Shown: piece after piece, positions 51,986-64,000 of the stretch | Layout: every line of letters begins with the position of its first letter | Position numbering within the stretch: position 1 is the stretch's first letter | Origin: Chiloscyllium plagiosum | Taxonomy: Eukaryota | Assembly: GCF_004010195.1 (NCBI RefSeq) | Contig: NC_057744.1 | Span: 5,428,360 to 5,492,359, forward strand | Length of the DNA: 64,000 nt | Direction: 5' to 3' | Position numbers and translations under genes: made by a program | Notes under the pieces: model-generated | Databases searched by the model: none | What the model was told of the DNA's origin: nothing | What the model saw: only the letters and a program-made list of their open reading frames with translations

Positions 51986-52361
51986 GATTCTCCTGCACCT
52001 TGGATGCTGCCTGACCTGCTGCGCTTTTCCAGCAACATATTTTCAATAAGGTAAATATACACTTAGAGAAAAAAACAATACTAGATCGTCAACATGACTT
52101 TAAGGGCAGATCATGTCTGACTAATTTAATTGAGTTCTTTGACAAGGTGACACAGGCAGTGAATAAGGAAATTGAGCTTTCAATTCAATTAATTCCTCCT
52201 TGGAGCTGAGAAAATCAAGAGGCGACCTTTTTGAGGTGTTCTAAATTGTGAACAATTTTGACAAGATAAAGAAGGTTTCCATTATCACTCAAAGAAAAAT
52301 TCTGTTTCCATTACTGATATGTCAGTAACTAGAGGTCACAATTTCAAGATTATCAGCAAGA

Positions 52362-53030
52362 GAGTCATAGAGTCATAGAGATGTACAGCAGGGAAACAGA
52401 CCCTTCAGTCCAACTTGTCCATGCTGACCAGATCTAGTTCCACCTGTCAGCACCTGGCCCATATCCCTCCAAATCCTTCCTATTCATATACCCATCCAGA
52501 TGCCTTTTAAATGTTGCAATTGTACCAGCCTCCACCACTACCTCTGGCAGCTCATTCCACACACGTACCACTCTCTGATTGAAAAAGTTGCCCTTTAGGT
52601 CTCTTTTATATCTTTCCCCTCTCACTCTAAATTTATGCCCTCTAGTTCTGTACTTCCCCACCCCAGGGAAAAGACTTTGTCTATTTCCTAACGAATGTCC
52701 TGTACAGCCGCAACATGACCTCCCAACTCCTGTACTCAATACTCTGACCAATAAACAAAAGCATACTAAACACCTTCTTCACTATCCTATCTACCTGCGA
52801 CTCCACTTTCAAGGAGCTATGAACCTGCACTCCAAGTTCTCTTTGTTCAGCAACACTCCCTAGGACCTTACCAGTAAGTATATAAGTCTTCCTAAGATTT
52901 GCTTTCCCAAAATGCAGCACCTCACATTTATCTACATTAAACTCCATCTGCCACTTCTCAGCCCATTGGCCCATTTGATCAAGATCCCGTTGTAATCTGA
53001 GGTGACCTTCTTCGCTGACCACGTCACCTC
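52362..53030 (-). mobile_element. Younger HER1/CR1 3' fragment nested in the older CR1
   Basis: LQRDLDQMGQWAEKWQMEFN.DKCEVLHFGK, with (gagtcata)n tail at about 52362-52380. Confidence 0.88.
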
Positions 53031-53519
53031 TAATTTTAGAGCTACAACAAACTTCTTTACTCAGAGAGTTGTTGGGATTTAGAATGTGCTCCCTGTGAGA
53101 GTGATGGAGGCAGATTCCACGGGAGATTTCAAAAGAGAGCTGGATATATATTTGAAAGGGATGGATTTAGAGGGCTGCAGAGGTGGGGCTGGAGAGTGGG
53201 ATTAGCTGCCTAGCCCTTTTGGGAGCTGATAAAGATACAATAGATCAAATGACCTCCTTCTATACTGTAAATTCTATTATTCTAGATCTGTGAGCATTCT
53301 TCAGAACTGGTAAAAGTTAGAGACATAATGGATTTGAGACAAGGACAACTGGGATGGCATTGAAGCCAGAAGAGATGAAATTCTGGAAATGTTAGTTCAC
53401 CAGTAGTAAAGAGAATGGAGAAGGGACAAGAAAAACAAACAAAGAAACAAAATTTGTGTCTGGGGCATGAGTACTGCCGGTATGAAGGAAAATAAAAAAT
53501 TATCAAAGGAAAGGAAAAA

Positions 53520-54135
53520 AAAGTGGGGACAAGAGGATTTGAGTACAGGAGTACTGCAGTTTTGCTTCAGTTGTGTAGGAGCTTAGTGAGACTGGACTTG
53601 GAGTACTGTTTGATCTCCTTATCTCAGGGAAGATATTGTTCTAATAAAAGGAGTGCAAAGATTGTTCACCAGACCTGTTCCCAACATGGTGGGACTGTCC
53701 TATTAAGAGAGATTGGGAGATCTGTGCCTGGATTCTCTACAAATTTGAAGAATGAAAGGTGATCTCATTGAAACTTACAAAATACTTAAAGAGATAGACA
53801 GGGTAGATGCAGGGAAGAGGTTTTCCCTGGCTGGGGAGTTTATAACCAGGGGTTAGTTTAAAAATAGCGGGGGATGCCATTTACACTTGAGATGAGGAGG
53901 AAACTTTTTATTCAGAGGGTGGTGAATCTTTGCAACTTTCTACCACAGAGGGTTGTGGAGGCTTAGTCTTTGAGTATGTTTAAGGCAGAGATTGATAGAT
54001 TTCTGATGGCCAGTGGCATTCAGGGCTATGGGGGTGGTGTGGATAAAAGGCATTGAAGTGTTTGATCAATTGCGGTTGCGTTGATTGGCAAGGCAAGGTC
54101 AATGGGCTGAATGGCAACCTCCTGTTCCTATGCCC
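53520..54135 (+). mobile_element. CR1 3' remnant
   Basis: RGFEYRS..LVRLDLEYC and tail. Confidence 0.8.
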
Positions 54136-54627
54136 TCAGGAGTTTACGGTCTGATGATGTCGAACTCAGAGTCAAGTCCAGCAGTGTTTAAAGTGCTAGG
54201 TTGAAGGATGAGGTCTGTTCCTGAAGCTTACATTGAGCACACGGGCACTTTACAACACATAAAGAATGTGAGTGTGAAAGCAAGGCAGAGAGTTAAAATG
54301 AGAGACCACCTGAAGCTTTTGTCATTGTTGCAGGCTGAAGTGACATGCTGATTAAAGTGGCCATCAAGTCTTTGATTCCTCAGCATAGAGGGGGTCACCT
54401 TGTGAGCAGCAAATACTGCAGACTCTATTGAAAGGTACACATAAAATACTGCTTCATCTGGAAGGAGTGTTTGGCAGCATTGGACGGTGAGAAGAGAGGA
54501 GGCAGAAGGGCATTCTTTTTATTAATTCATTGGATGTTGGCATCATTGGCTAGGCCAACATTCATTGCCCATCCCTAATTACCCTTGGGAAGTGAGATCA
54601 CTTCTTGAACTGTTCAGTCCTTGAGAT

Positions 54628-54972
54628 AGCATGGTGGCTCAGTGATTGGCAATGCTAGCACACAATGCCAGGGACCCAGGTTCAATTCCAGCCTCAGGCA
54701 ACTGTCTGTGTGGAGTTTGCACATTCTCTCTGTGTCTGCGTGGGTTTCCTCTGGGTGCTCCAGTTTCCTCCCACTGTCCAAGGGTGTGTAGGTTAGGTGA
54801 ATTGGCCATGCTAAATTGCTCATAGTGTTCAGGGATATGTAGTTTAGGTGCATTAGTTAGGGGAGATGTAGAGTAATAGGGTGGGTGAATGGATCTGAGT
54901 GGGTTATTCTTCAGAGGGTCAGTGCAGACTTGTTGGGCCGAATGGCCTTTTTTCACACTGTAGCAATTCTAT
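54628..54972 (+). mobile_element. HE1-like V-SINE
   Basis: Head, V core and tail present. Confidence 0.85.
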
Positions 54973-57329
54973 GTAGGGACACTCATACTGCTGGTAGGGA
55001 GGGAGATCCGCATCCAACGACACCGAAGAAATGGTGATATCTTTCCAAGTCAGGATGTTGAGTAGCTTGGAAGTGTTACAGTAGATTATTTTACAAAATA
55101 ATTTCAGGAGTCTCAAGGTACAGGTTAACTGCCATTTAATGAGCCAATGTTGGCAGAGGATTCTGAGGTAGTACTCAAATTCAGGGAGCATTCATCAGAT
55201 ACTTACACATTGTAAGTCACAGAGGCAGCACATCACCCAAATTTTAGAAAACACCTTGTTTTTCACATATCAAAAATGCCAGGGGTGCCTAAACTCTCTG
55301 CTCTTGATCTGCTCCCCCTATCTTCTGTGCTACTCTCTCAGTTGTGAGTTCCCCATACCTGTGTCTGGCCTGACAATATCTGCAGCATTTCGATCTTAAT
55401 TGCCTGTTTTAATTCTTCTCAACCTGACTACTTTTCCTGAATTAAAAAAAATGAAAAAAAACGAATCTTAAATTATTGTTTACTCAGCTAATTAAAACTC
55501 ACTACTTTTATTCTAATTCCAGCTTGAGACTGGTGTGGGATCAATTGGGAGAAAGTGAGGACTACAGATGCTGGAGATCAGAGTCGAAGAGTGTGGTGCT
55601 GGAAAAGCGCAGCCGGTCAGGCAGCATCCATTTATGTCATACCCAAAATTTTCCCTAATAGAGGATAACTTGGTGTTCCCATATATCTGTTGCCTTTGTT
55701 ATTCTCGGTGTTTGCTTACTGTATTTGCAATGGAACGATGCTGTGGGAAAGGGATGGCCATGTTGGGGATGACTAATCTGACAGGTAGGAGTTCCAACAA
55801 TGCAGTTCTCCCTTGATATTCTGGGAGAGGGGGAGACTAATTTGTACGTTCAAGTTTCTCAAACACTACTTGAAACCCCCCAACATTAGATTTAAGAACC
55901 AAAAAGATTACCTCCTCAGACATGGCCAGGACTGTAAAATAAATGCATTCCTGTTTTAGAGTTTCTGATACTTCAGATGAATTTTTGTCAAGACTCTTTG
56001 ACAAACCTCCCCAACCTGTCACCTCTACTATTGAGAATGACAAAGGCAGCAGATAATGAGAACACCACCTCCTGCAAGTTCCTCTCCAAATCACACACCA
56101 TTCTGACTTGGAAATATGTCTGTGTTCCTCCACTGTCACTGGATCAAAATCCTGGAATTCAGCATTGTTGGTGTCCCAGCACCACGTGGACTGCAGCAGT
56201 TCAAGAAGGCAGCTCCCCATCACCTTCTACAGGGCAGTAAGGGATGGGCAAGAAATGCTGTCCCAGCCAAAGATATTCATATCCCTTCATACAAAAAATT
56301 GACAAGGTCTGTGTAAACCATATTTGTGTTTAATTATGTGTTCTGTTTGATTTTATATTTGATTTGACAAGGCCTCAGATTAATGCCTCTGCCTTTCACT
56401 TTCTGTTGTGCAGTAGGGAGTCCAGAATGAATTGTAATTCAGAACAGAGCCATAAGAGGGCGATAAAGGCCAGAGGCACAGTTACTTAGAAGGGAGTGCT
56501 ACAGGTATAACAGAGCAAAGTATTTGGCAATAGTTTTTTTAAACAGGAAGCTTGTATCAATTTTATCACAATTACAAGAACATAAGTGAATTTCATGTTT
56601 GAAATAACTCCACAGAAGCTGGTATCATGTCACTAAATCACCCTTTATTTACACATGCTCAGTATATGGACTCTGACCAGCTAAGTCAAAGCCAGTCCCT
56701 CGAGTGACCAGAAGCCTTGTCACTCCTGTTTATTATTGTCAACCAGAGTCCCTGACTGGCCCAGGTTAACAGCCACAATCAGGGATCTCATACTCAATGA
56801 GATCCACCTGGTCCGTGTTCCAATCACTACAGTGTTCAGATTCATAAAGAAAATAAAACTCAACAAAACTTGTTTTTAAACAGCAAAGTTCTTTTAAAGT
56901 TGCACATTTAGGTTTTAAGATATACAAGATAAATCTTCCATGTGATTTGGTCACTGACAAATTCAGCAATGATGAGGCCATACCTGCAGGACTCTGTGAA
57001 GTTTTATTGTCCCAGGGAAAGGAATTTTTCCCATTAATTCTTCATGGGACATGTCCTACTCTGGCAAGGCCAGAATTTGTCACCCATTCCTGGAACTGCG
57101 TGATTTATGCTGCCTGGAGTCACAAGTACACCAAACCTTTTAGAAACAGATGGGACAAGCAATAGCAGCAACACAGTCACCTTTACTGAGCTTTATTCAG
57201 ATTTGTTAATTGAATGCCATAGTGGGATTTAACCCAATGCTGTGAAGCCTAGGCCTCTGAAATATTAGTCCCTTCCCCTATAACCAACATGATTCAGACA
57301 TATTATGACATATCTTTAGGCAGATGGGG

Positions 57330-57357
57330 CTGATGAAGGGCTCATACCCGAAACGTC
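57330..57357 (+). ncRNA. Minimal hammerhead ribozyme core at the start of a family 1 insertion (to about 57454)
   Basis: CUGAUGA-A-GGG-CUCAUA-CCC-GAA-ACGU-C. Near-TSD cag(a/g)tggggct at 57321-57331 and 57455-57465. Confidence 0.6.
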
Positions 57358-60300
57358 GATTCTCCTGCTCCTCGGATACTGCCTGACCTGCTGTGCTTTT
57401 CCAGCAACACTCTCTCGACTCTGAGCTCTAGCATCTGCAGTCTTCATTTACTGCCAGGTGGGGCTTGAATCTAGATTCCAAAACTCAGAGATAGGAACTC
57501 CACCACTGCACCACCAATGTTTCTATGGAAGTCTGTGAAAACATTGTAGATGTCCTAACCACAACCTGCCAATGTTTGTTGATTCTGAAATTATTCTGTT
57601 GGATTGGACATTTTCTAATCCACGTGTTTAGAAATGTTATTATGCACCCACAGGAGCAGATGAGATGTAAAACTGGGCCTCCTAGATCAGAGGTATGTTA
57701 CCACTTCACCACAACAGCCATCAACATCCGCCCACATACTCATCAGAGAGACAGTCCCATGTATGGATTCTCTACTAAATTGGATAGTTGAGATCTATAT
57801 TCACAGGGAGTTTTAAAAAAAAGGTGATCTCATAAAATTCTTAAGGAAAATGACAGCATAGATTGTGAGAAACTGTTTTCTCTGCTTTGGGAATTTAGGA
57901 CAGGGTCTCACAGGCTCAAAATAAAGGGTCTGTCAATTATGACTAAAATAAGGAGAGATTTCTTCATTCAAATGGTTATGAAGTTTTACAATTCTCTACC
58001 CCAGAGAGCAGAGCTCAGTTTTTGAGTCAATTTAAGTTAGAGGTCAATAGATGTTTAGGTACCTCAGGAGATATTGATGAAATGTGTAGCTGAAATAAAA
58101 GATCAGCAAAGACCTTGTTGAATGATACAGCAACTTGGAAGGGCCAAATGGCTTACTTCAGCTCATATTTCTTGTTATATCTAGAAAGACTCATGATGTT
58201 TATAAAATGCTTTCTGGCTAACCAATGCCCATTCCTGACAATTCATTGTAGGAACTCATGCTCTTAGGAAATATTATTCCTACTGACAATCTGTAAGTAG
58301 ATAAACATTGAGAAGCAAGTCATGTGATTGAACTTTACTGGACATCACTTTAACCCAAAAAGACAGTGATTCACTCAGAATAGAAGTTTACCTCAACAAT
58401 TGTAACTTTATTCCTGCTGCCTGATATCTTTAGAAGTTTGCAGTAATAGTGCAGTACTCCCTTGGTATCGCAGTATGGTGTCGGTTAAGCTTAAACAGGA
58501 TCTGAATTGATACATTTTAACATACAGGCAGGAATGCAATAACTGAGTCATACTGACAGCTTGGGACAGGTTTACTGTCACCTGTGAACCCACTGCTATC
58601 ATTTGCTAAATACAGCTAATTGCACTATCAAATGCTATCACTCCAGTCCCTAATCATCAAGTTAGTGGTTATCTCAAACACATTTTCACTTAGCTCACAG
58701 GACAAGAAATCTACTGCAGCAAAGTATATTCCATAGAGTTTCTTAACTCTTTGAAGGTGAATTATTGTGATGGTCAAATCATGATATATTTTGTAGTGTA
58801 CAATTTATACAAAATTTGTATATTACATGCCAGGCTCTTATTATCAATACAACTATGATTATGACTAAAAAAAATTAATTTAGAATTAAAATATTTATTG
58901 AATGTGACCTACCCCCACAATAATTTACTGTTCTGTTCTCATACGTTCTCTCCTACTCTTTTCAACTTCATGCTGTGAAGATCATCAGGTGAAAAGAAAA
59001 TCCACATAGATTGAAACATACCATTGTTAAATATTACTTGATTTTGAATGAGGATGGCATCTGATCAAGTGTCTCGGCTCTTTATATAAATCTTGATAAA
59101 TATTGTTCTGTAAATCTAGTGTATGGCTACAACTGTAATAAGTTTATGAATTAATTATTAGGGACAGAGTTCCAGGGTTTTGACTGCATGAAGGAATGGT
59201 GAGAGCATTCCAAGTCAGGATGGTATGTGACTTGGCAGGACATTTGCAGTTGGTGGTGTTCCCATGCATTTGCTGTCTTTCTCCTTCAAGGTATTAGATG
59301 TCATGGGTTTTGAAGATGTTTGTTAATGGACAGGACTGAGGCAAACACCATCTAATTCATTAAGGTCTTGTAAAGGAGAAAATCTGCCATCATTATTTGG
59401 TCTGATGTAGGTGTGACTCTTGTCCCCTCAGCAAGGTGTTTGTCACCTAATGTCCCATTGAAGTTGGGGGGGGTGGTGGGTGGAGGGCTGGGGCATGATA
59501 CTTAATTGATCAAACTATGGACAAAATAGGGATTAACAATTTTGTCACAACAGAAATATTATCCACATGTTAAGATTTATTTTTTTAATGTTGAGAGAGA
59601 GAGAGTGCAGGAGTGATTTACTCCAAAGGTACCAAGGCGGAGAGGCTTAAGTTATGTAGAGACACTAAAGAAGTTCTCCTTTGAGCAGAGAAGATGAGGA
59701 GGAGATATAATAGAGATGTTCAAAATCATACATATACAAGTACATTTATAAGGACTCTTACAGCACGTGGTACTGTACCTACCTCCGAGCCTGGAGGCCT
59801 GGGCTCAAGTTCCACCTGCTCCAGAGGTGTATAATAAGATCTCTGAACAAGTTTATTAGAAAATATCTATACAAGTAAGGAACAGGAGGGCCACAAAGTC
59901 TCCTTCTGCAATTAGTTTGTCTAGCCTGCTGTGTCATTCAGTAAGGTTAGGGCTGGTCTGATGACTTCACATTTGTGTCCACCATTAACTCATAGATAAT
60001 AACAATAATAATATTTCACCTTCCTGCTTATCAAGAATGAATCTACCTGTGCCTTAAAAAAATCTAGAGTTTCTGCTTCCATCACCTTTGATTCCAAAAG
60101 CTCAAGACACTGTGTGACAAGAGAAAAAGGATCACAAGCAGTCTCACGGGAATAAATAAGAAGCTGTTTCCAAGAGGTAGAAGGGTTACAACATTTAGAG
60201 ACATTTGGATAAATACATGAATAGGAAATATTTGGAGGGATATGGGCCAAATGGAGGCAAGTGAGACTAGTTTGGTTTGAGAACATGGTCAGCGTGGAAT

Positions 60301-61065
60301 GGTTGCACCGAAGGGTCTGTTTTTATCCTGTATTCCTTTTTAACTAAAAGAGTACAATTTAAGATAATTAGCAGAGATTTGAATTTTTTTAAACGTTACA
60401 ACCTTAAATCAGTAGGAACTTTGAGAGAGGAAACTGGTACGTGAAAGGGAGGAAAAAAATATTTGGTGTATGGGCAAAAATGAGAGTGGGAAACAGGAAC
60501 CTTTCTTTCAAAGACCTGGCCATGGACCCCATGAGCTGAATCTACAAAACTGCAGACGCTGGAGATCTGAAATAAAAACAGAACTTAGGGGAGAAAACCC
60601 AGTGGGTCTAACAGAGAGAGAAAAAGGAATTCAAGTTCTTGTCCCGAGTCCTGAAGAAGTCATATTGGACTCACAATATTAACTCTGTTCCTGTCTCCAC
60701 AGAGGCTGCCAGTCTCCAGGAACTTCTTGTTTGATTTGTATCCAGCTTTTTGTGATATGGAGGTACCTGTGTTGGCCTGGGGTGGAGAGAGTGAGGAGTT
60801 ACACTACACCAGGTTATGGTCCAACAGATTTATTGCAAATCACAAGCTTTCGGACTCTTCCCTCTACTTCACTTGATGAAGGGGCAGCCCTTCAAAAGCT
60901 TATGATTTCAAATAAACAGTTGGACTATAACCCGGTATCATGCCACTTATCCCTCAATCTATTCAGATGCAAACCTTGACACGGGTAGGACTTGAACTCA
61001 GGCCTTCAGATCCAGAGGCACTTTCAGTTTTTAAGGTCAACGTTGTTTTCAATCAATTGATTCAC

Positions 61066-61083
61066 ATATATATATATATATAT
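61066..61083. repeat. (AT)n microsatellite upstream of the CpG island
   Basis: Directly visible. Confidence 0.85.
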
Positions 61084-61189
61084 GGAGGAAGTGGGACTTG
61101 AACCCGGTCCTCCTGGCTCAGGGGAAGGGACACTACCACTCCAGCACAGCAGCCTTCAAATCCTTTCTCAGCCTCTCAACAGCAAAACC

Positions 61190-61570
61190 AAGCCTCCATC
61201 CGCGTGCCCGGGAGCGCGCCGTCTGGGGGTCAGCGGTGGCGCGCGGCGTGCGCGCCCCCTGCAAGGATGGTGGGCTGTCCCTGGGGGTGGGGGTGAGAGC
61301 TGTGGGGGTTGGGTTGGGTTGGTGGGGGGCGTGTGCTGTATTGTCGCTGAGTCCCGCCGTGTGGAGGGCGGCTGTCGCTCCGCTCCCCCGCTCTGTGCCG
61401 GAGAGAGAGAGAGAGATAACGAAACTACAGAAAATCGGGGCCGTTTTAAAAGAGAGATCCGACTCAAACTTCTCGTCTTTTGAAGGAGGGATGATGACAG
61501 CGGGAGAGAGTGAAGCCGGAGTGGGGAGCGAGGAGAAGGTAACAATGTAGCGGGCCACCATGGCGGAAGA
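61190..61570. promoter_or_regulatory. CpG island promoter
   Basis: Only strongly GC- and CpG-rich stretch in an otherwise CpG-depleted window. Includes GCGCGC/TGCGCGC (NRF1-like) runs and surrounds an ATG and splice donor. Confidence 0.85.
61491..61538 (+). CDS. USP28: First coding exon (MMTAGESEAGVGSEEK), probably ubiquitin-specific peptidase 28
   Basis: ATG in the CpG island with a phase-0 donor AAG|GTAACA. The short MTA-starting exon resembles USP28/USP25 exon 1. USP28 is divergent from HTR3B in mammals, so the assignment is largely by synteny. Confidence 0.65.
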
Positions 61571-62564
61571 TACTTTGTAACACTTTCTCCCCCAAGAGAC
61601 GGGGATTTCCCAAGAATTTTAAAAAGGCAACAAATGTTTCATTGTCAACACTTTTGTAAAGTTCTCTCCCGGGCTCCCACTCCAAACTCTCAGCTCTGAG
61701 AGTCACTGGACTCCAAACGTTAACTCCATTTCAAAAACAAAAACAGAATTTGCTGGAAAAGCTCAGCGGGTCTGGCAGCAATCTGTCTGGCAACAACTTC
61801 TGTTTTTTACCCCTGATTTACAGAATCTGCAGTTCTTTTGGTTTTTATTGAGTAGTTAACTATGTTTCTGTCTCTCCACTGCTGCCAGAGTTTCTCCGGC
61901 AAATTATGTTTTTGTTCCTTATTTTCAGCACCTACATTTCTTGCGGTTTTTATTGGGTAGTTAACTATGTTTCTGTCTCTCCGCTGCTGCCAGAGTTTCT
62001 CCAGCAACTTATGTTTTTGTTTCAGATCTTCAGTTCTTTGATTTGTTTTGCCACCTGGCCGCTCTTTTCACGTTTGTTTTTCAAATCACATTTCTTTTAC
62101 ATGACGGCTTCTGTTGACAAATTGCCTCCCTTCCTCAGGATTCAGAGTATAGATTTGTTTGTTTGTGAAGGTGGGCTAATGGATGCTTGGAAATGGTGGG
62201 ACTGGAGCTAAGGGTTTAAAGGTCTGCCCTCTGTCCCCCCTCCCCATTGTGTGGGGTATGGGGAAAAGGAGGAGGTCTTTCAGCCCCTCACAATCATTCT
62301 CTGTTATGATCTGCTGTCACTATCCTGACTTGGGACTGATGTAATCCCTCTAGTGTCGCTGGGTTAAATTCTGTCATTCCCTTTATACTAGTTCTGTGTG
62401 TGTACCTACACCCAGAAGAATGCATTGGCTCAAGTTGATGGCTCACCACGATCTCAAGGGCAATTAGGGATGGGCAATAACTATTGACCTAGCCAGTGAT
62501 GCTCACTTCGCATTAATTTAAAAACAAATCAGTTGGAGCATAGATGACCTATAACTTAAGTCCA

Positions 62565-63680
62565 TGGTACATGTGTGGAATAAGCTGTCGGAGGAGGTGG
62601 TGGAGGCTGGTACAGCATTCAAAAGTCATTTCGATAGGTACATGAATAGATCAGACAGCATCTGAGGAGCAGGAGAATCGATGTTTCAGGTGTAAGCCCT
62701 TCATTAGGAAGTCCTGATGAAGGACTCCTGCCCGAAACATCGATTCTCCTGCTCCTTGGATGCTGCCTGACCTGCTGTGCTTTTCCAGCACCGCAATCTC
62801 GACTCTGATCTCCAGCATCTTCAGTCCCCATTTTCTCCTGGGTACGTGAATAGGATGGGTTTAAAGAGATATGGGCTAAATGCCAGCAAATGGGACTAGA
62901 TTAATTTAGGATATCTGGTCGGGCGTGGACACGGTGGCCTGATGGTTCTGTTTCTGTGCTGTACCACTCTGGCTCTGTGACCTCTCACTTGCTGGTGTTA
63001 TGGACAGATTTGGAAAATAACACAATGAGTTGGAGGAGGCCCTGCAGCTGTCTGAGGTCTGCTTATATCTTATCAGGAATACTGTGCTGTTACCTTATAT
63101 AAAAAATGCAGATATGTTGGAAACTATTCAGAAAAGGTTCACTTACCTAATGGAATGAATGAATAAATAGGCTGTCTTATTGAGGAAAAGTTGGACAGTT
63201 TAGGCTTGTATCTGCTGGATTTTAGAAAAAAATCAAAGGGGATTTGGTTGATAGATAAAAGTTATTGATGGCTCTTGTCAAGGAAGAGCTGAAGAGGATG
63301 TTTACTTTTTTAGGGACTGAAGAACTCTGGGTCACCATTTAAAATAGAGATTAGGTGAATATTTTGAGGTTCATGAGTGTTTAGGACTTTTTCCTGGAAA
63401 GATAGTCATAGAGATGTGTAGCACAGTCCAGCTATCCCTGCTGACCAAATATCCTAAATAAAGCTAGTCCCATTTGCCATATCCATCTAAACCCTTACCA
63501 ATCAATTACCTAATCAGATGCCTTTTAAATTTGTTATGGATGGATGTCGGGCAGAAAGGTTATTGGGGGTAGGCAGCACTGCAGTTTTGAGGTTATAATT
63601 CATCTTGTGCCTTAAGTACATGATCTTATTGAATGGCAAAGTAGCCTTGAGGGGTCTGAATAGTCTACTCCTACTCCTCA
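62565..63680 (+). mobile_element. Cluster of CR1/HER1 3' remnants
   Basis: WNKL.EEVVEAG and LSY.E.L motifs plus tails. Includes a minus-strand tail at about 63405-63530. Confidence 0.7.
62650..62840. mobile_element. Penelope-like family 1 fold-back insertion with two degenerate hammerheads
   Basis: TSD ggtac(a/g)tgaatag at 62637-62649 and 62841-62853. Confidence 0.72.
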
Positions 63681-64000
63681 TTCATATGTTTGTGAAAGAT
63701 CATGACTGATCCAAGTTCCTACACTGTCTCCATATCCCTTGATTCGTTAGAGCCCAATAACCAATCAGGGCTGAATTGATGAAATGGCCTCTTCCTGTGC
63801 TATAAGCTCACAGTAGCTGATTGTTACTGGCTGTGTGGGCTGGAACATTTGTGAGATTCACCACCCTTTGTCAGAAGAAATTTCTCATCTGTCCCAAGAT
63901 GCTGACTCCCTTATAGTGAGATAAGCTTGAGAACACTCCAACCAGAGAAAGAGGCTGGTAGCCTCAGGCCAAAGGCCTTCTTGGAGGTTAAACTTCCTTT

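Larger units (their letters stand above)
50860..53280 (+). mobile_element. CR1 ORF2 remnant (APE endonuclease to RT) with nested elements
   Basis: YYRPP, DYNY, PTRE-like and DHN endonuclease motifs in ORF 51136-51690. Confidence 0.85.

Noticed and set aside
61082-61706. Several long overlapping ORFs
   Set aside because: Stop-poor GC-rich CpG island; only the 48-nt exon with a splice donor is credible.
1-64000. CRISPR array or prokaryotic defence system
   Set aside because: Vertebrate intron-exon DNA; no regularly spaced repeat-spacer array or operon-like ORFs.

Overview
Eukaryotic, intron-rich DNA from a cartilaginous fish, inferred from HE1/V-SINE, Deu-core SINE and HER1/CR1 LINE repeats. 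The minus strand carries a complete 9-exon HTR3B gene (serotonin 5-HT3 receptor B subunit; CDS 45524->21704, 1383 nt, 460 aa, all GT-AG junctions phase-consistent). Downstream of it on the same strand are exons 1-2 of HTR3A (7938-7875, 759-599); the rest of that gene lies left of the window. A CpG island near 61.2-61.6 kb holds a plus-strand first exon assigned to USP28 by synteny (USP28 head-to-head with HTR3B-HTR3A, as in mammals). Most other ORFs in the track are decayed retroelements or noise. Two things stand out. First, this 5-HT3B keeps the principal-face ligand residues (loop B Trp, loop C Tyr) and lacks the RXR ER-retention motif of human 3B. Second, there are many short Penelope-like insertions with target-site duplications (TSDs), fold-back structure and minimal hammerhead ribozyme cores. 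I see no clearly new multi-gene system. Repeat boundaries are approximate and family names come from recall, not from a database search.
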